Both the position numbers and the translations under genes were made by a program. A stretch of DNA of 63,573 nucleotides, counting the filler, from Chiloscyllium plagiosum (lineage: Eukaryota), in NCBI RefSeq assembly GCF_004010195.1. It is 5 parts of one record of this genome, joined end to end, with 100 filler letters (N's around TTAATTAATTAA, not from the genome) between each part and the next. Parts side by side here need not be neighbours in the genome. Positions count along the whole stretch, not along the records: positions 48,538 to 61,073 come from NC_057716.1; positions 61,174 to 63,573 come from NC_057716.1; 3 more parts are not named here. One strand, given 5' to 3'. Below, in pieces: positions 49,017-62,349 of this stretch; the first letter of the stretch is position 1; each line of letters starts with the position of its first letter. The notes under the pieces are model-generated. The model was not told where the DNA came from. It saw only the letters and a list, made by a program, of their open reading frames with translations, and did not search any database.

Positions 49017-49112
49017 ATGGGCTGCACTCTGAGCTTCTGCTGCTGCCAGGACATGCCTCACCGCCATCCAGGTGGAGAGAAGATCAGAGAGGAGACTCCC
49101 TTCCTCCCTCAG
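49017..49112 (+). CDS. TNS1: Tensin-1 long isoform, first coding exon: MGCTLSFCCCQDMPHRHPGGEKIREETPFLPQ
   Basis: Start resembles the recalled human TNS1 long-isoform N-terminus MGCTVSLVCC..., ends in Q at a phase-0 donor CAG|GTacct, lies in a CpG-rich promoter-like region, and is head-to-head with the RUFY4-like gene as in human. An alternative in-frame donor exists after 49193. Confidence 0.72.
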
Positions 49113-49589
49113 GTACCTCTGCCCCTCACTCAGCAAAAACTCCGTATGTGTGGGAGCCGCTTTGCAGAGTTGCTTGGGGAATATTTCACCCAGGTGAAAG
49201 TTAGGAGCAGGAGAGTGTGTCAAACAGAAGGGGGTCAGGGGGGTGTGGGGGTGAGTGGTATCTGGGTGTTCTCCAACCGCAGGTGAAGTGTTGAAATCCT
49301 TGCAGAGAATAACACAGAGGGTTTAGTATTTTGTCGATTTTGAACAAAGTCTCTGTTAGACATGTGAGGCCCCAGAGAGAGGGGGTGGGATCTGAGTTCT
49401 ACCTGGGTCCAAGCAAGTGACAGTCTGAGGGGTTGGGAGGGGGAGGGGGGAGAGAGAGAGAGCTGCTGAGAAAGTAAGAGGAGAGAGTGAGAGAGAGTTA
49501 GGGAGAGAGAGAGAGAGAAGGCAAATAGACTGCAGCAACTTAAACAGAGCAGAGGGAGTGAGAAGGAGGGGGGGGGGGAATGCGAACAA

Positions 49590-50478
49590 AACAATTGATG
49601 CTGATAAAGCTTCAGAGAAAGTTCACAACGATGATCCCTGGTACGGAGGGACTGTCTCATGAGCAAAGGTTAAACAGGTTGGGGCTCTACTCCCTGGAGT
49701 CTAGAAGAATGAGAGAAGATTCCATTCAAATATGGAGAGTTCTTAAGGGGCTTGACAGGGTAAATACTGAGAGAATGTTTCCCCCTCACGGGAGAGTCTA
49801 GGTCCATAGTGCATCGTCTCAGAATAAAGAGGCACCGATAAGGCTGAGATAAGGAGGAATGGAGATGTTTAAAATTATGAACAATTTTCACAGGATAAAA
49901 ACGAATATTCTGTTTCCACTGGTTGGTATGTTAGTAACGAGGGGTCACAACTTCAAGATTGTCAGTGGGAGAGCTCGGAGTGAGATGGGGAGAAACTCCT
50001 TTCCTCAGAGAGTGGTTAGGATTTGGAATGTGCTGTCTGGCGGGGGGGATTCCATAGGAGGTTTCAAAGAGAGCTAGAGATATATTTGAAAGGGATGAAG
50101 TTAGAGGGTTATGGAATAGGGCTGGAGAGTGGGACTGGCTGGGTAGCTCATCCAGGAGCTGGTACAGACACGATGGGGTGAATGGTGTTCTATGCTGTAA
50201 AATTCTATGATTCTATGAATATGTTCTCTGAGTGTTCAAGTGTCTTTGGGACTCCTTGTCACAGAGAGCTGGGGGGGAGGTGGGGGTGGTGGGGGCAGAG
50301 TCCTTGTGTATAATTAAGACTACGATAGATCCTTGATCAGTCGGAGAATCAAGGATTATGGGAATTGGGCAGGAAAATGGACGTGAGGAATGTCAAATCA
50401 GCCATGATCCTATTGAATAGCACAGTAGGTTCGAGGGGCCGAATGGCCTATTGCTGTTTGAATTTGTTATGGTCTTAA
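49590..50478 (+). mobile_element. Nested CR1 3' ends
   Basis: RLNRLGLYSLESRR; TRGHNFKIV ... QRVVRIWNVL; tails ttctatgattctatg and ttatggtctta. Confidence 0.8.
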
Positions 50479-51064
50479 AATGGAGAGAGTGGCAGGGAAA
50501 GGAAACAGACAGGGGGACAGAGTGATGGGGAAGAGAGATGAATGGTGAAAAAAGGATGCAAAATTAGCTGGATACCCTCATCAATGTGACTAAAAGAGGC
50601 ATCCTTCCCCCCACCCCGAGCGAGAGGGGTGGATAAGACAGACAGAATGCAGTAAGGAAGAATGCGATGGGTTGCACGCAGCAGTTGAGAGTAAGAGAGA
50701 GCAAGTGAACCAGAGACAGAGAGAACTGCAGGGAGAGAGAAAAGGAGAAAAGGAGACAGTCAAAGAGGCAGACAGACAGGGAGAGAAGTTCAGAAACAGA
50801 GAAGGATAGAAATGGTCAGACAGTGGTGTGCAGGCAGAGAGAAATGGCAAAATAAGGACAGGGATGGTGTGGAGAACTGATGGGAGAAATGGCCAGTGAC
50901 TGGGACAGACAATTATGCAAGTTTTTTTTTCGTTTATGGGATGTGGGTGTCACTGTTTTGTTTAATTTACTGCCCATCCCTAATTGCCCCAGTGGGCAGT
51001 TAAAAGCCAAACATATTACTGTAACTCTGGAGTCACATGTAGGCCAGACCAGATAAGGACGACA

Positions 51065-52197
51065 CTTTTCAGTAAGGTGTTTGAGAAGGTTCCCCACGGT
51101 AAGCTATTGCAGAAAATACCAAGGCATGGGATGGAGGGTGATTTAGCGGTTTGGATCAGAAATTGGTGATCTATAAAAAGACAGAGGGTGGTCGTTGATG
51201 GGAAATGTTCATCCTGGAGTTACTAGTGGGGTACCGCAAGGACCTGTTTTGGGACCACTGCTATTTGTCATTTTTATAAATGACCTGGATGAAGGATGGG
51301 TTAGTAAATTTGCAGACAACACTAAGGTTGGTGGAGTTGTGGATAGTGATGAAGGATATTGTAGGTTACAGAGGGACATAGATAAGCTGCAGAGCTGGGC
51401 TGAGAGGTGGTAAATGGAGTTTAATGTAGGAAAGTGTGAGGTGATTCACTTTGGTCAGAGTAACCGGAATGCAAAGTACTGGGCTAATGGTAAGATTCTT
51501 GGTAGTGTAGATGAGCAGAGAGATCTCGGTGTTCATGTACATAGATCCCTGAAAGTTGCCACCCAGGTTGATAGGGTTGTTAAGAAGATGTACAGTGTGT
51601 TAGCCTTTATTGGTAGAGGGATTGAGTTTTGGAGCCATGAGGTCAGGCTACAGCTGTACAAAACTCTGGTGTGGCCGCACTTGGAATATTGCATACAGTT
51701 CTGGTCACCGCATTATAGGAAGGATGTGGAAACATGCGAAAGGATTCAGAGGAAATTTCCCAGGATGTTTTCTGGCATGGAAGAAAGGTCTGAAGAGGAA
51801 AGGATGAGGGACATGAGGCTGTTTCATTGGAGAGAAGAAGGTTAAGAGGTGACTCAATAGAGGCATATAAGATGATCAGAGGATTAGATAGGGTGGACAG
51901 TGAGAGACTTTTTCCTCGGATGATGATGGCTAGCATGAGGGGACATAGCTTTAAATTGAGAGGTGATAGATATAGGACAGATGTCAGAGATAGGTCTTTA
52001 CTCAGAGAGTAGTAAGGGCATGGAATGCACTGATTACGACAGTAGTGGACTCGCCAACTTTAAGGGCATTTAAATGGTCATTGGATAAACACATGGATGA
52101 TAATGGAATAGTTAGATGGGCTTCAGATTAGTTCCACAGGTCACTGCAACATCGAGGGCCGAAGGGCCTGTACTGCTCTGGAATGTTCTATGTTCTA
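51065..52197 (+). mobile_element. 5'-truncated CR1 (RT C-terminal half to 3' tail)
   Basis: [66 protein letters not shown]; tail atgttctatgttcta. Confidence 0.92.
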
Positions 52198-52859
52198 GCA
52201 GTTATATTAATGGCCATTAGTGAACCAGATGGATTTTTACTGCAAAGGTTTCATGGTCATCATTAAACTCTTAATGTTTAAATCAGATTTGAATTCCACC
52301 ATCTGCTGTGATTGGATTTGAACCTTGAGACATGACCTGGGTCTCTGGATTAATAATCTGGTGATAATGCCATTTGGCCATCTGGATCCCTGGAAGGGTA
52401 CATCAATTCAGGGCACTCACAGAACGGACTGTGTAATTGGTGAGGACATTTGTACAGATTGGTGATTCAATCTTTAAAAAATCGGGCAGTAACTTTAATT
52501 CTAGCTGCTCCACCGATTGAAGTCTATGCACTGATACCATCTGGTTAAATGTTTTGGTTCAATGTCAAATGGGCTTCTGTACCTAGGCCAGTCAGTGATA
52601 TGTTGGGTCAGACATTGACCTTTCACCTCTCGGGCCTTGGGTTGTGACTGGACAAATGTCTCTCTCTCTCTCCCTCTGTCCCTGCCTCGATCTCTCTGCT
52701 GCTAAAGGTGATCCAAGGTGATTGGCAGTTTCACTTGAAGCTTTCAGCCTGCCTATCTCTCCCCCTCCATTCTTACTCTCAGTCTTTCTTCCATCGATGA
52801 TAGTTTTTGCTCGATTTGTGATTGCCAGGGCACAGGTGAAAGCTCTGGGGACACAATGG

Positions 52860-53165
52860 GTTTAAATTTCACCACAGTAAAAGGTGGAGGTAAGAAATGT
52901 GGAACTGAAAACAAATCTGAGTAATGGTGACTGACAGCTACCAACAATGGTCAGAAAAACACATCAGCTCTGTCATTATCCTTTAGGGAAGGAAATCTGC
53001 TGTCCTCACCTATTTCTCTACATCTAACCCAAGATCCACAGCAATGTGATTAATTGTTAACTGCCCTCTCAAATAGCCCCAGAAGGCACTCAGTTCAAGG
53101 GCCGTGAGAGATGGGAATCAAATGCAGGCCCAGCCGGTGACACCCACACCTGATGAAAGAATTAA
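52860..53165 (+). mobile_element. Recurrent SINE-like repeat (gaaggaaatctgc...catgtgactc family)
   Basis: Related copies at about 29130-29380 (+), 50930-51060 and 52200-52380 (-, split by a CR1) and 60005-60170 (-). Its tail resembles the tail of the LINE at 33770-34570. Confidence 0.55.
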
Positions 53166-53439
53166 AACATCCCGAATCCCACAGAATCCATTGATCCAGC
53201 TCAATCATGCACACTGTCTGTCTCACCATCACAGTTCCACACATTCTTTGCATATCCTTGATGACAACATCCAGTCCACCAGCTGTCATTCCAGCATCTG
53301 TGTATCAGTCTGTCTGTAGCTCCACTTGGACTCCATAGTGCCAGGTCCAACAACACGAAACCGAATACACCGCACACTCTCTCCAATCCCACAGTCAGCC
53401 AAGGTCTTTGACACCAAACTTTCAGTGTGTCATACTGAC

Positions 53440-53832
53440 TTATTACAGCAGGATAAGGGTCACTCACTGTGTAACTGTACAGTGTAAGTGTTTATTCAGC
53501 AGGGTAAGGGTCACTCACTGTGTAACTGTACAGTGTAAGTTTATTCAGCAGGGTAAGGGTCACTCACTGTGTAACTGTACAGAGTCAGTGTTTATTCAGC
53601 AGGGTAAGGGTCACTTGCTGTGTAACTATACAGAGTCAGTGTTTATTCAGCAGGGTAAGGATAACTCACTATGTAACTGTACAGAGTCAGTGTTTATTCA
53701 GCAGGGTAAGGGTCAGTCACTGTGTAATTGTACAAAATCAATGTTTCTTCAGCAGGGTAAGGGTCAATCACTATGTAACTGTACCCAATCTGTTTTTATT
53801 CAGTAGGGTAAGGGTCACTCATTATGTAAATG
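53440..53832. repeat. 51-bp minisatellite, about 8 units
   Basis: ttattcagcagggtaagggtcactcactgtgtaactgtacagagtcagtgt; gives the 17-aa periodicity of ORF 53408-53806. Confidence 0.92.
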
Positions 53833-54230
53833 TCAGTGTGTGTGGGACTGTACGCCAGTGAGAGTCCGTGTGTGTGGGACTGTACTCCAGTGAGAGTCAG
53901 TGTGTGTGGGAGTGTACTCCAGTGAGAGTCAGTGTGTGTGGGACTGTACCCTAGAGAGAGTCAGTGTGTGGGGGACAGTGCCCCAGTGAGAGTCAGTGTG
54001 TGTGGGACTGTTCCCCAGTGAGAGTCAGTGTGTGTGGGACTGTACCCCAGTGAGAGTCAGTGTGTGTGGGACTGTACCCCAGAGAGAGTCTGTGTGTATG
54101 TGGGACTGTACCCCAGTGAGAGTCAGTGTGTGGGGGACATTGCCCCAGTGAGAGTCAGTGTGTGTGGGACTGTACCCCAGTGAGAGTCAGTGTGTGTGGG
54201 AGTGCACCCCAGTGAGAGTCAGTGTGTATG
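53833..54230. repeat. 32-bp minisatellite, about 12 units
   Basis: tgagagtcagtgtgtgtgggactgtaccccag repeated with point variants. Confidence 0.95.
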
Positions 54231-55904
54231 CAAGTAATTGTCCATTCCTTGAGACTAAAAGATATTAGTGGAGAATGGGTACCAATATTATTTTGGATTA
54301 ACAGACAATTTGTGTTGGAGCTCCCCAGGGGTTAGTATTTGGACCTTTTATGTCCCCGACACATGGGAATATTATCGGCCTTGGTGCACAGGCAACAATT
54401 TCATGATTTGCAGATGATATGATCTGAAGAAACATTGTAATCTGTGAGGAGGGAATGTTGACCATTAAAGGGACATAGACTAGAGTGGGCAGGCAGGTGA
54501 CAGATGGTGTTCAATGAAGGTAATGGATATTGAATGAACATAGTATTATGATCCCAGCTGATGTTATTACAGATCAGCAATCAACAATCCCTTTGTCTGT
54601 GCCCCTTTTTTCTCACCCTCCCTCTGAGCACTGTCTCCATCTATTTGTCTCACTCCTATTTTCCACCCAACCCACGCTCTGTCATCAGCATAAATATCAC
54701 CATTCCCCAGCTACTTTCAGTTCCTGTGAAGGGTCACTAGACTCAAAACTGTCTTTTCACAGATGCTGCCAGACCTTCTGCATTCTCCACTAACTTTCTG
54801 CCAGTGTTTCAGATCTCCAGAATTCTCCAGAATTTTTTGATATATCTGGCTTGATGGATCTTTTTTTTTGGCTTTAACAAAGTGTTATTTCACTGAAACA
54901 TAATCATGGAACATTGCAGGTTTGGTTTTATCAATAAATTTTGAAAAACACAGGCAAATATAATCCCATTAATCACAAATAACTCTTTTACAAATTTCAT
55001 TAACATAAAGTCATAGAATCATACAGCACAGAAACAGAGAAGCCAAGTCAATGTTTCAAGTCAGGTCTGACTGTTCATCAGAAAGGTGCTGATGAAGCAT
55101 CACTTGACGTGAAACATTATTTGATTTTCTCTCCACTAATGCTGCCAGGCCTGAGTTTCTCTAGCTTCTTCTGTTTTTGTAACTGAAGACTGTCTCCCTC
55201 TTCACCAAACTCAGAAGTTTGTTATCATGCAGAATGCTGAGCAAATTGTACACAAAGTTTTCAATCACGTAGTGAAGGCTTGATCAGCTTCCTCTTTGGA
55301 TTGAACTGCCATCTGTCACAACTTCCCAAAGTTCTACACAGTCAGTGGCATACTTTGAAAGAACATAGAGAGGTTCTTGGTTGAACATTGTCACTGAGAG
55401 ACAGTACCTCCAGCAGTTTACCACTCATTCTGTACTGCAGTGATATGTTAGTCTGCGATAACAACTCAAGCCTTTATGTGAAAACTGAACCCATTTGTGA
55501 TGTTTCTGCCCTCTGAGCAATATCTTGACAACTTTGCAATTGGCGCTACATGAAAACCGCAAGAAAACAATTCTAAAGTTGCAAGTTATTGCACCAGTCA
55601 CACCCAGGTTTTTATTCACAGTTTCCCCCTTTTCCTGTATTTGTCTTAGTGCTGTCACAGTGCTCTTGCCTGGAGGATGTAGGAGTGATATCCATTGAAG
55701 TGAGTGACAGTAATGGAGGATAGTGGTATCCCAGCATTCATATTGATACTGAAAGTCCTCTATCAAGATTCAACTCAAGCTGCCAATGACACCACCAGGT
55801 GGCGCAAAGAGTGCACTTGCGCGGTGAGCCATCCATGCCATTCTGAAACAAGTGTACCCAATCACAAAGAACACTCCCTGATGTGAGAATATTAGTGGGA
55901 TATA

Positions 55905-58900
55905 CAGGAATCATAGATGCCCGAGATCATCTGTAAGATCATAAAACGTCGAAGCAGAAATAGGCCACTCAGCCCATCGAGTCTACACCACCATTCAATG
56001 AGATCATTCCTGAGCACTTTTGACAGGGTGATGAGGGATTTTCTGTTTCCACTGGTTGGTATGTCAGTAACTAGGGGTCATAACTTCAAGATTGTCAGTG
56101 AGAGAGCTCGGAGTGAAATGAGGAGAAACACCTTTACTCAGAGCATTGTTAGGATTTGGAATACACTGCCTGAGAGAGTGGGGGAGGCAGATTCCATTGG
56201 AGGTTTCAAAAAAGAGCTGGAGATATATTTGAAACGAATGACGTTGGAGGGTTACAGAGATAGGGCTGGATAGTGGGGCCTGCTGGATTTGGGTTGTGAA
56301 TCTGTGGAGTTCCCTGCCTAGTGAAGTAGTTGACGCTTCCTTGCTGAATCTTTTCAGGCAAAGGTAGATTTTTGAACAATAAAGGAATGAAGGGTTATGG
56401 TGAGCAGGTGGGTAAGTGGAGCTGAGTCCATGAAAAGATCAGCCATGGTCTTATTGAATGGTGGAGCAGACTCGAAGGGCCAGACAGCTTACTCCTGCTC
56501 TGAGTTCTTATGCCATAGAGTCATAGAGATGTATAGCATGGAAACAGACCCTTCTGTCCAACTCATCCATGCCGACCAGATATCCCAACCCAATCTAGTC
56601 CCACCGGCCAGCACCCGGCCCATATTCCTCCAAACCCTTCCTATTCATATACCCATCCAGATGCCTCTTAAATGTTGCAATTGTACCAGCCTCCACCACA
56701 TCCTCTGGCAGCTCATTCCATACACGTACCACCCTCTGCATGAAAAAGTTGCACTTAGGTCTCTTTTATATCTTTTCCCTCTCACCGTAAACATATGCCT
56801 TCTAGTTCTGGACTCACCCATCCCAGGGAAGAGATGCGTATTATGATTTTATAAACCTCTGTAAGATCTCCCCTCAGCCTCCAATGCTCCAGGGAAAGCA
56901 GCCCCAGCCTGTTCAACCTCTCCCTGTAGCTCAAATCCTCCAACCCTGGCAACATCCTTTTCTGAAGCCTTTCAAATTTCATAACATCCTTCCAATAGGA
57001 GGGAGACCAGAATTGCACACAATATTCCAACAGTGGCCTAACCAATGTCCTGTATAGCTGCAACGTGACCTCCCAACTCCTGTACTCAATACTCTGACCA
57101 ATAAAGGAAAGCATACCAAACACCCTCTTCACTATCCTATCTACCTGCGACTTCACTTTCAAGTGGACTGCAGCGGTTCAAGAAGGCAGCTCACCACCAC
57201 CTTCTCAAGGGTAAATACAGATGGGTTATCAATGCTGGCCAGCCAGTGACACCCAAGTCCCACAAATTAATAAAAGAAAAGGAACTATGAACCTCCACTC
57301 CAAGGTCTTTTTGTTCAGCAACACTCCCTAGGACCTTACCATTAAGTGTATAAGTCCCTGCTCTGATTTGCTTTCCCAAAATGCAGCACCTCACATTTAT
57401 CTAAATTAAACTCCATCTGCCACTCCTCAGCCTATTGGCCCATCTGGTCAAGATCCCGCTGTAACCTGAGGTAACCTTCTTCGCTGTCCACTACACCTCC
57501 AAGTTTGGTGCCATCTGCAAACTTATGATGTTCACATTCCAAATCATTTATATAAATGATGAAAAGTAGTGGATCCAGCCCTGATCCTTGTGTTCTTAAG
57601 TTCTGCTGGCTAGCTCTTTTGGGAGCTGGTAGAGACATGATGGATCGAATGGTCTGTTTTGTACTGTAATAGTCTATGGCCTGATAAGTCACAACTCCAT
57701 TTGCCTGCTTTTCCCCATAACTCATGATTATCTTGCTGATTAAAAATCTGTCTCAGCCTTGAATATACTTAAAGACCCACTTCACCGCATCTACCCCATC
57801 AAGTTCGCTAAGTACCTTGGGATCATCTCTCATTCTCAACGGGATCATCTCTCATTCTCAACTTCAGGAGAATATCGACCTGATTTCCTCAGCCTCTCAT
57901 CCACAGCTCCACCCTCTCATGTAGGGATCGATCAATGAACCTTCATTGTACTGCCTCCATTGTCACCATGTCCTTCCTTAAATGTGGAGACTAAAACTGC
58001 ACACAGTGTTCCAGATGTGGTCTTACCAAAACCCTGAACAACTGTAACAAAGCCTCTTTATTCCTGTACCTCAGTCTCCTTGTGATAAAGGCCAAATTGG
58101 AATATTTCAGTAAATTGGAAAATGTACCTATTTCTCATCAGGACAAACGATACACCATATACTTTGCTAATCTGTCAGGGGACTTGGCCAATAAAGGATT
58201 CCAGCTAAACCTGGATCAAATTTCTCAGATTAACATGAAACTAGGGAGTTTTCAGTCCAGAGTTGGCACATTCTAGCTTCATGTTTAACTCTCAATGTTA
58301 ATGCAGCAGTTAAAGATCAGACTTCAGTAATGGATTCTCCAGGGTGAAATGTGATAGGCTGATGTGTAAGGGGCAGCAAACTGAATAGAATAATTGTGAA
58401 GCTGCTTAAAGAGACTCAGACACTGATCCTTGTGGTACCTCCCTCAACACCATCTCCAACTCTGAAAATGATCCTTATTTACCTGTTGTCTGTTTCCTGT
58501 CTGCCCATTGATTACCCCCAATCCTGTTTGCTTTGATCTTGTACAATAACCCCACCTATGGGATTTTACTAAAAACCTTTCAAAAATCCAAATGCACCAC
58601 ATCCACCAGTTTTCTCTTATCTATTCTGCAGAATATTCTCATGAAACTACTATCTGTTTGTTGAACACGATTTCCCTTTCATAAATCAGGCGGGAATCGC
58701 ACATGGGTCCCTGCTGCTGTGAGGCAGCAGAGCTAACCACTGAGCCACCATGCCGCCCTAAATGCATCCAATATGTATATGGCCAACTGCTGGAGTCCCC
58801 TGGGTTGTAGTATAACTGGCCCTGAGGATTTGTGAGCTTTCAGTTCCATGAATTTCTTTAGTATTAGTGAGAAAATGTCCTAATTTCCTCCAGTCCTCCA

Positions 58901-59650
58901 TCTTACTAGACCCTTGTTCCCTACCATTTCTGGGAAGTTAGTTGAGTGTCTTCTGTGAAGATAGATTGAAAGTAGTTGCTTAGTTGCTGTGCCATTTCCT
59001 TGTATTCTATTATGAATTCTCTCAATTCAGACTCTAAGGGCCCTCAATGTGTTTTCATCAATCCTGTTCTTTTCTCCTGCTGATAGAAGCTTTTACAATA
59101 TACTTTTATGTTCCTTATAAAGTTAACTTCATAGTCTATTTTGGCCCTCTGAATCAAACTTCTGTTCCTCCTTTGCTAAATTCTAAACTGTTCCCAATCC
59201 TCAGGCTTGCCGCTTTTTCCAGCAACTTTAAAGAACTCCATTTTAGATTTAATATTAATGTCACTTTATTATGATAGCCATTGTTGGGCCACTTCATAGT
59301 GTGTTTTTGTGCTAGAACTTTGAAGTTCCTTGGTTTTGATTAAGGACCTTGGGTTTGGCTTGGACTAACATTCTAAAATGTTCTGGTGGCTCTTTACTAA
59401 AGGACCATGTACCATAAAATTATTAATCAATCCCTTCTCATTACACAACATCAAATCTAGTATAATCTGTTCACAAGTTGGATCTTCAACAGAGTGGTTG
59501 AAAAGTTATCTTGTATGCATTCCAGGAATTCATCCACAGTTGTGTTATTAGTGATGTGGTTTGCACAATCTATATATAGATTAAAGCCACAATTATTATA
59601 GAACCTTAGTTATATTCTTTTCTAATTTTGTGTTCGATGTCATCCCCTAC
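55905..59650. mobile_element. Cluster of nested CR1 fragments (best preserved 56513-57590, -)
   Basis: LYRTLVRPLLEYCVQFWSPSY, QGSGLDPLLFIIYINDL, KFADGTKLGG; older degraded copies flank it. Confidence 0.8.
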
Positions 59651-60379
59651 ATCACTACTACTTGGAGACAATGTTTTTTGACCCTTGTTCCTTCTTAATT
59701 ATGTAATTGTGGAATTACATCTGATGTTGGATACTGTGTTGTGGGTTTTGCAAGTGTGGCCTGGCTGGTTATGTTCTGTACTTTGCTTGTTTTGAATAAC
59801 TGAAGGAATGTGTCGATAGATATGATTCATCATGTTGGGGGACATAGGACCATATTTGGCATCACACCAATACTAAAACTCATATATCATATTATCCATT
59901 TGTATGAGAGGCAGACCGCCTTTTTAGTTTGATAGTAACATACTATAAGTGGTGAACGTCACTCTTGTTTCAGCATGTGGCATCATAATTTTTTAAAAGT
60001 TCCTTCACACGATGTGGGTACCACTGGTTCAAACAGTATTTATTGCCCATCCCTAAGAGTCAATCACTTTGCTGTTGGTCTGGAGTCACATGTAGGCCAG
60101 ATCAGGTAAGGATGGCAATTTCCTTCCCTAAAGGATGTGCGTAAACCAAGTGGGTTTCACCGATAATCAGTGACAAAGTAATAGCATGAAGCAGCTAGAG
60201 TCACATGTTGGTGAAATCTTGGAGATATCGCCTTCAATATAATCTGACTTTGGAGGCCGGTGTTGGACTGGGGTGGACAAAGTTAAAAATCACACGACAT
60301 CAAGCTATCGTCCAATAGGTTTATTTGGAAGCACTAATTTTTGGAGTGCTGCTCCTTCACCTGATGGAGACGTTGATTT

Positions 60380-61460
60380 TTAATGAAGGCTATAAGAGTA
60401 AGGAAGACCTTCTGAAACTGTGTAAACTTCTGGTGACCTCACACCCAAAGTCTTGTTACAGTTTGGTCTCCTTCTCTCAGGAGGAACGTACAAAGTAAAG
60501 ATAGATCATGAGAGAAAAGGCTTTATATTCTTCTAAATTTAGAAGCGTGAGTGGAAATCTTGTTAAAATGTACAAAATCTCTGCAAATTTTCACAGTCCT
60601 CTGCACACTTTGCTCTGCCACTCATTTCAGTGTCATCTGCAAACTTTGACACACTCCACGTGGTCCTCAGTCCAAATCATGTCTATAAATTGTGAATAAC
60701 TGCGGTCCCAACACTGATCCCTGAGGCACACCATTAGTCACTGATTGCCAAGTAGAAAAGCACTCATTTATCCCCACTCTTTGCTTCCTGTTAGTTAACC
60801 AACCCTCTATCCATGCAAATACATTGTCCGTAATACCTTGCATCCTTACCTTATGCGGAGAAAGTGAGGACTGCAGATGCTGGAGATCAGAGCTGAAAAT
60901 GTGTTGCTGGAAGAACACAGAAGGTCAGGCAGCATCCAGGGAACAGGAGAATCGACGTTTCGGGCATAAGCCCTTCTTCAGGAATGAGGAAAGTGTGTCC
61001 AGCAGGCTAAGATAAAAGGTAGGGAGGAGGGACTTGGGGGAGGGGTGTTGGAAATGCGATAGGTGGAAAGAGGNNNNNNNNNNNNNNNNNNNNNNNNNNN
61101 NNNNNNNNNNNNNNNNNTTAATTAATTAANNNNNNNNNNNNNNNNNNNNNNNNNNNNNNNNNNNNNNNNNNNNCACTACTCTGTCTGAATCCTGTTTCCT
61201 CAACCTTATGTAAGCCTCCTTCTTCCTCTTTACCAGACATTCAACCTCTCTCGTCAACCAAGGCTCCCTCACTCGACCATTTCTTTCCTGCCTGATAGGT
61301 ACATACATATCATGGACACGTCGTATCTGCTCTTTGAAAAAGTTCCACATTTCCACCACATCCTTCCCTGACAGCCTATGCTCCCAACGTATGCTCCTCA
61401 AATCCTGCCTTACAGCATCGTAATTTCCCTTCCCCCAATTATAAAATCTACCTTGTTGTT
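60380..61460. mobile_element. CR1 fragments and a PLE terminal repeat around a gap
   Basis: WIEGWLTNRKQRVGIN ... GVPQGSVLGPQLF (60667-60850, -); YNWGKGNYDAVRQDL ... REPWLTREVECLVKRKKEAY (61174-61460, -). Confidence 0.8.
60950..60985 (-). ncRNA. Minimal hammerhead ribozyme motif
   Basis: Minus strand AUUC-CUGAAGA-A-GGGC-UUAU-GCCC-GAAA-CGUC-GAUU. Confidence 0.62.
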
Positions 61461-62349
61461 GACTCTCTGTCAACAACTTAAAAAGAAAGCCCCCAAAAAT
61501 AGTGCTCTTGAATCAGGTCTTCATCTTGATCTACATTTTCCTCCTGCTATCTATATGCAAAGTACGGAGCCTGCTGGCAGTGCAAAGGTTATACTTATGG
61601 TTCAAATGCAATACCAGATACGAGAGTATAAATTTAGATTGCCCTCCTTTGATGTCCTGAAATGGAATCTACCTGGGGGACATAATTATCTGAGTATTTT
61701 TAGAAATTGTTTGACAGTATAAAACCCTAGGGAGTCAACTCAGGTCTATTGTGACAGAATGATGAAATGCCAAGCTCCAACCACAGGATGGGAAGGCAAG
61801 AATTAATTTTTATGAAACCAAGAGACCATGGGAGCAAAAATAAAATGGTTAATAACATGTTATATTTAATGCCTGAGAAATAAGAATCTAGATAGGGCAC
61901 AGGTAGTCATCAATGGATTCCACAGCAGCGAAAATCTCACAAATGTGGAACCACTTTCAAAATTGCTGCAAAATCCGATTAAATGTCCCTCATAGCGGGT
62001 ATTGTTGCATCCAAGACAGATCCTCAGTATCAAATAAAAGGAAAATACTGCAAATCCTGGAATTCTGAAATAAGAGTAGTGAAGAAACTCAGCCACTTTG
62101 ACAGCATTTGTGAAGACAGAAACAATCTGAACATTTCAAGTTCTATATGAACTGAACTGAGTCATATCAGGCTCAGAAATAACAGACACAAAAGTCTTTT
62201 TTCTCTCTCTCCTCAGTAGCAATCATAGAAGCCCTACAGTGTGGAAACAGGCCATTAAGCCAACACGTCCACACTGACCCTCCGAAGAGTAACACACCCA
62301 GACCCATTCCCCTACCCTATTACTCCACATTTACCCTGACTAATGCACA

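Noticed and set aside
53408..53806. 132-aa Cys-rich repeat ORF resembling a zinc-binding protein
   Set aside because: It is the translation of a 51-bp minisatellite, with no true start or domain.
53833..54230. 32-bp periodic array resembling CRISPR
   Set aside because: Units are contiguous with no unique spacers, there are no cas genes, and the context is a vertebrate genome.
55650..55705. Possible small TNS1 exon (acceptor ttgtcttag, donor aa|gtgagt)
   Set aside because: Translations do not resemble the expected tensin C1-domain exon; splice-like sites alone are insufficient.
57818..57861. 22-bp perfect tandem duplication gggatcatctctcattctcaac
   Set aside because: A simple slippage duplication inside a dead CR1, with no sign of function.
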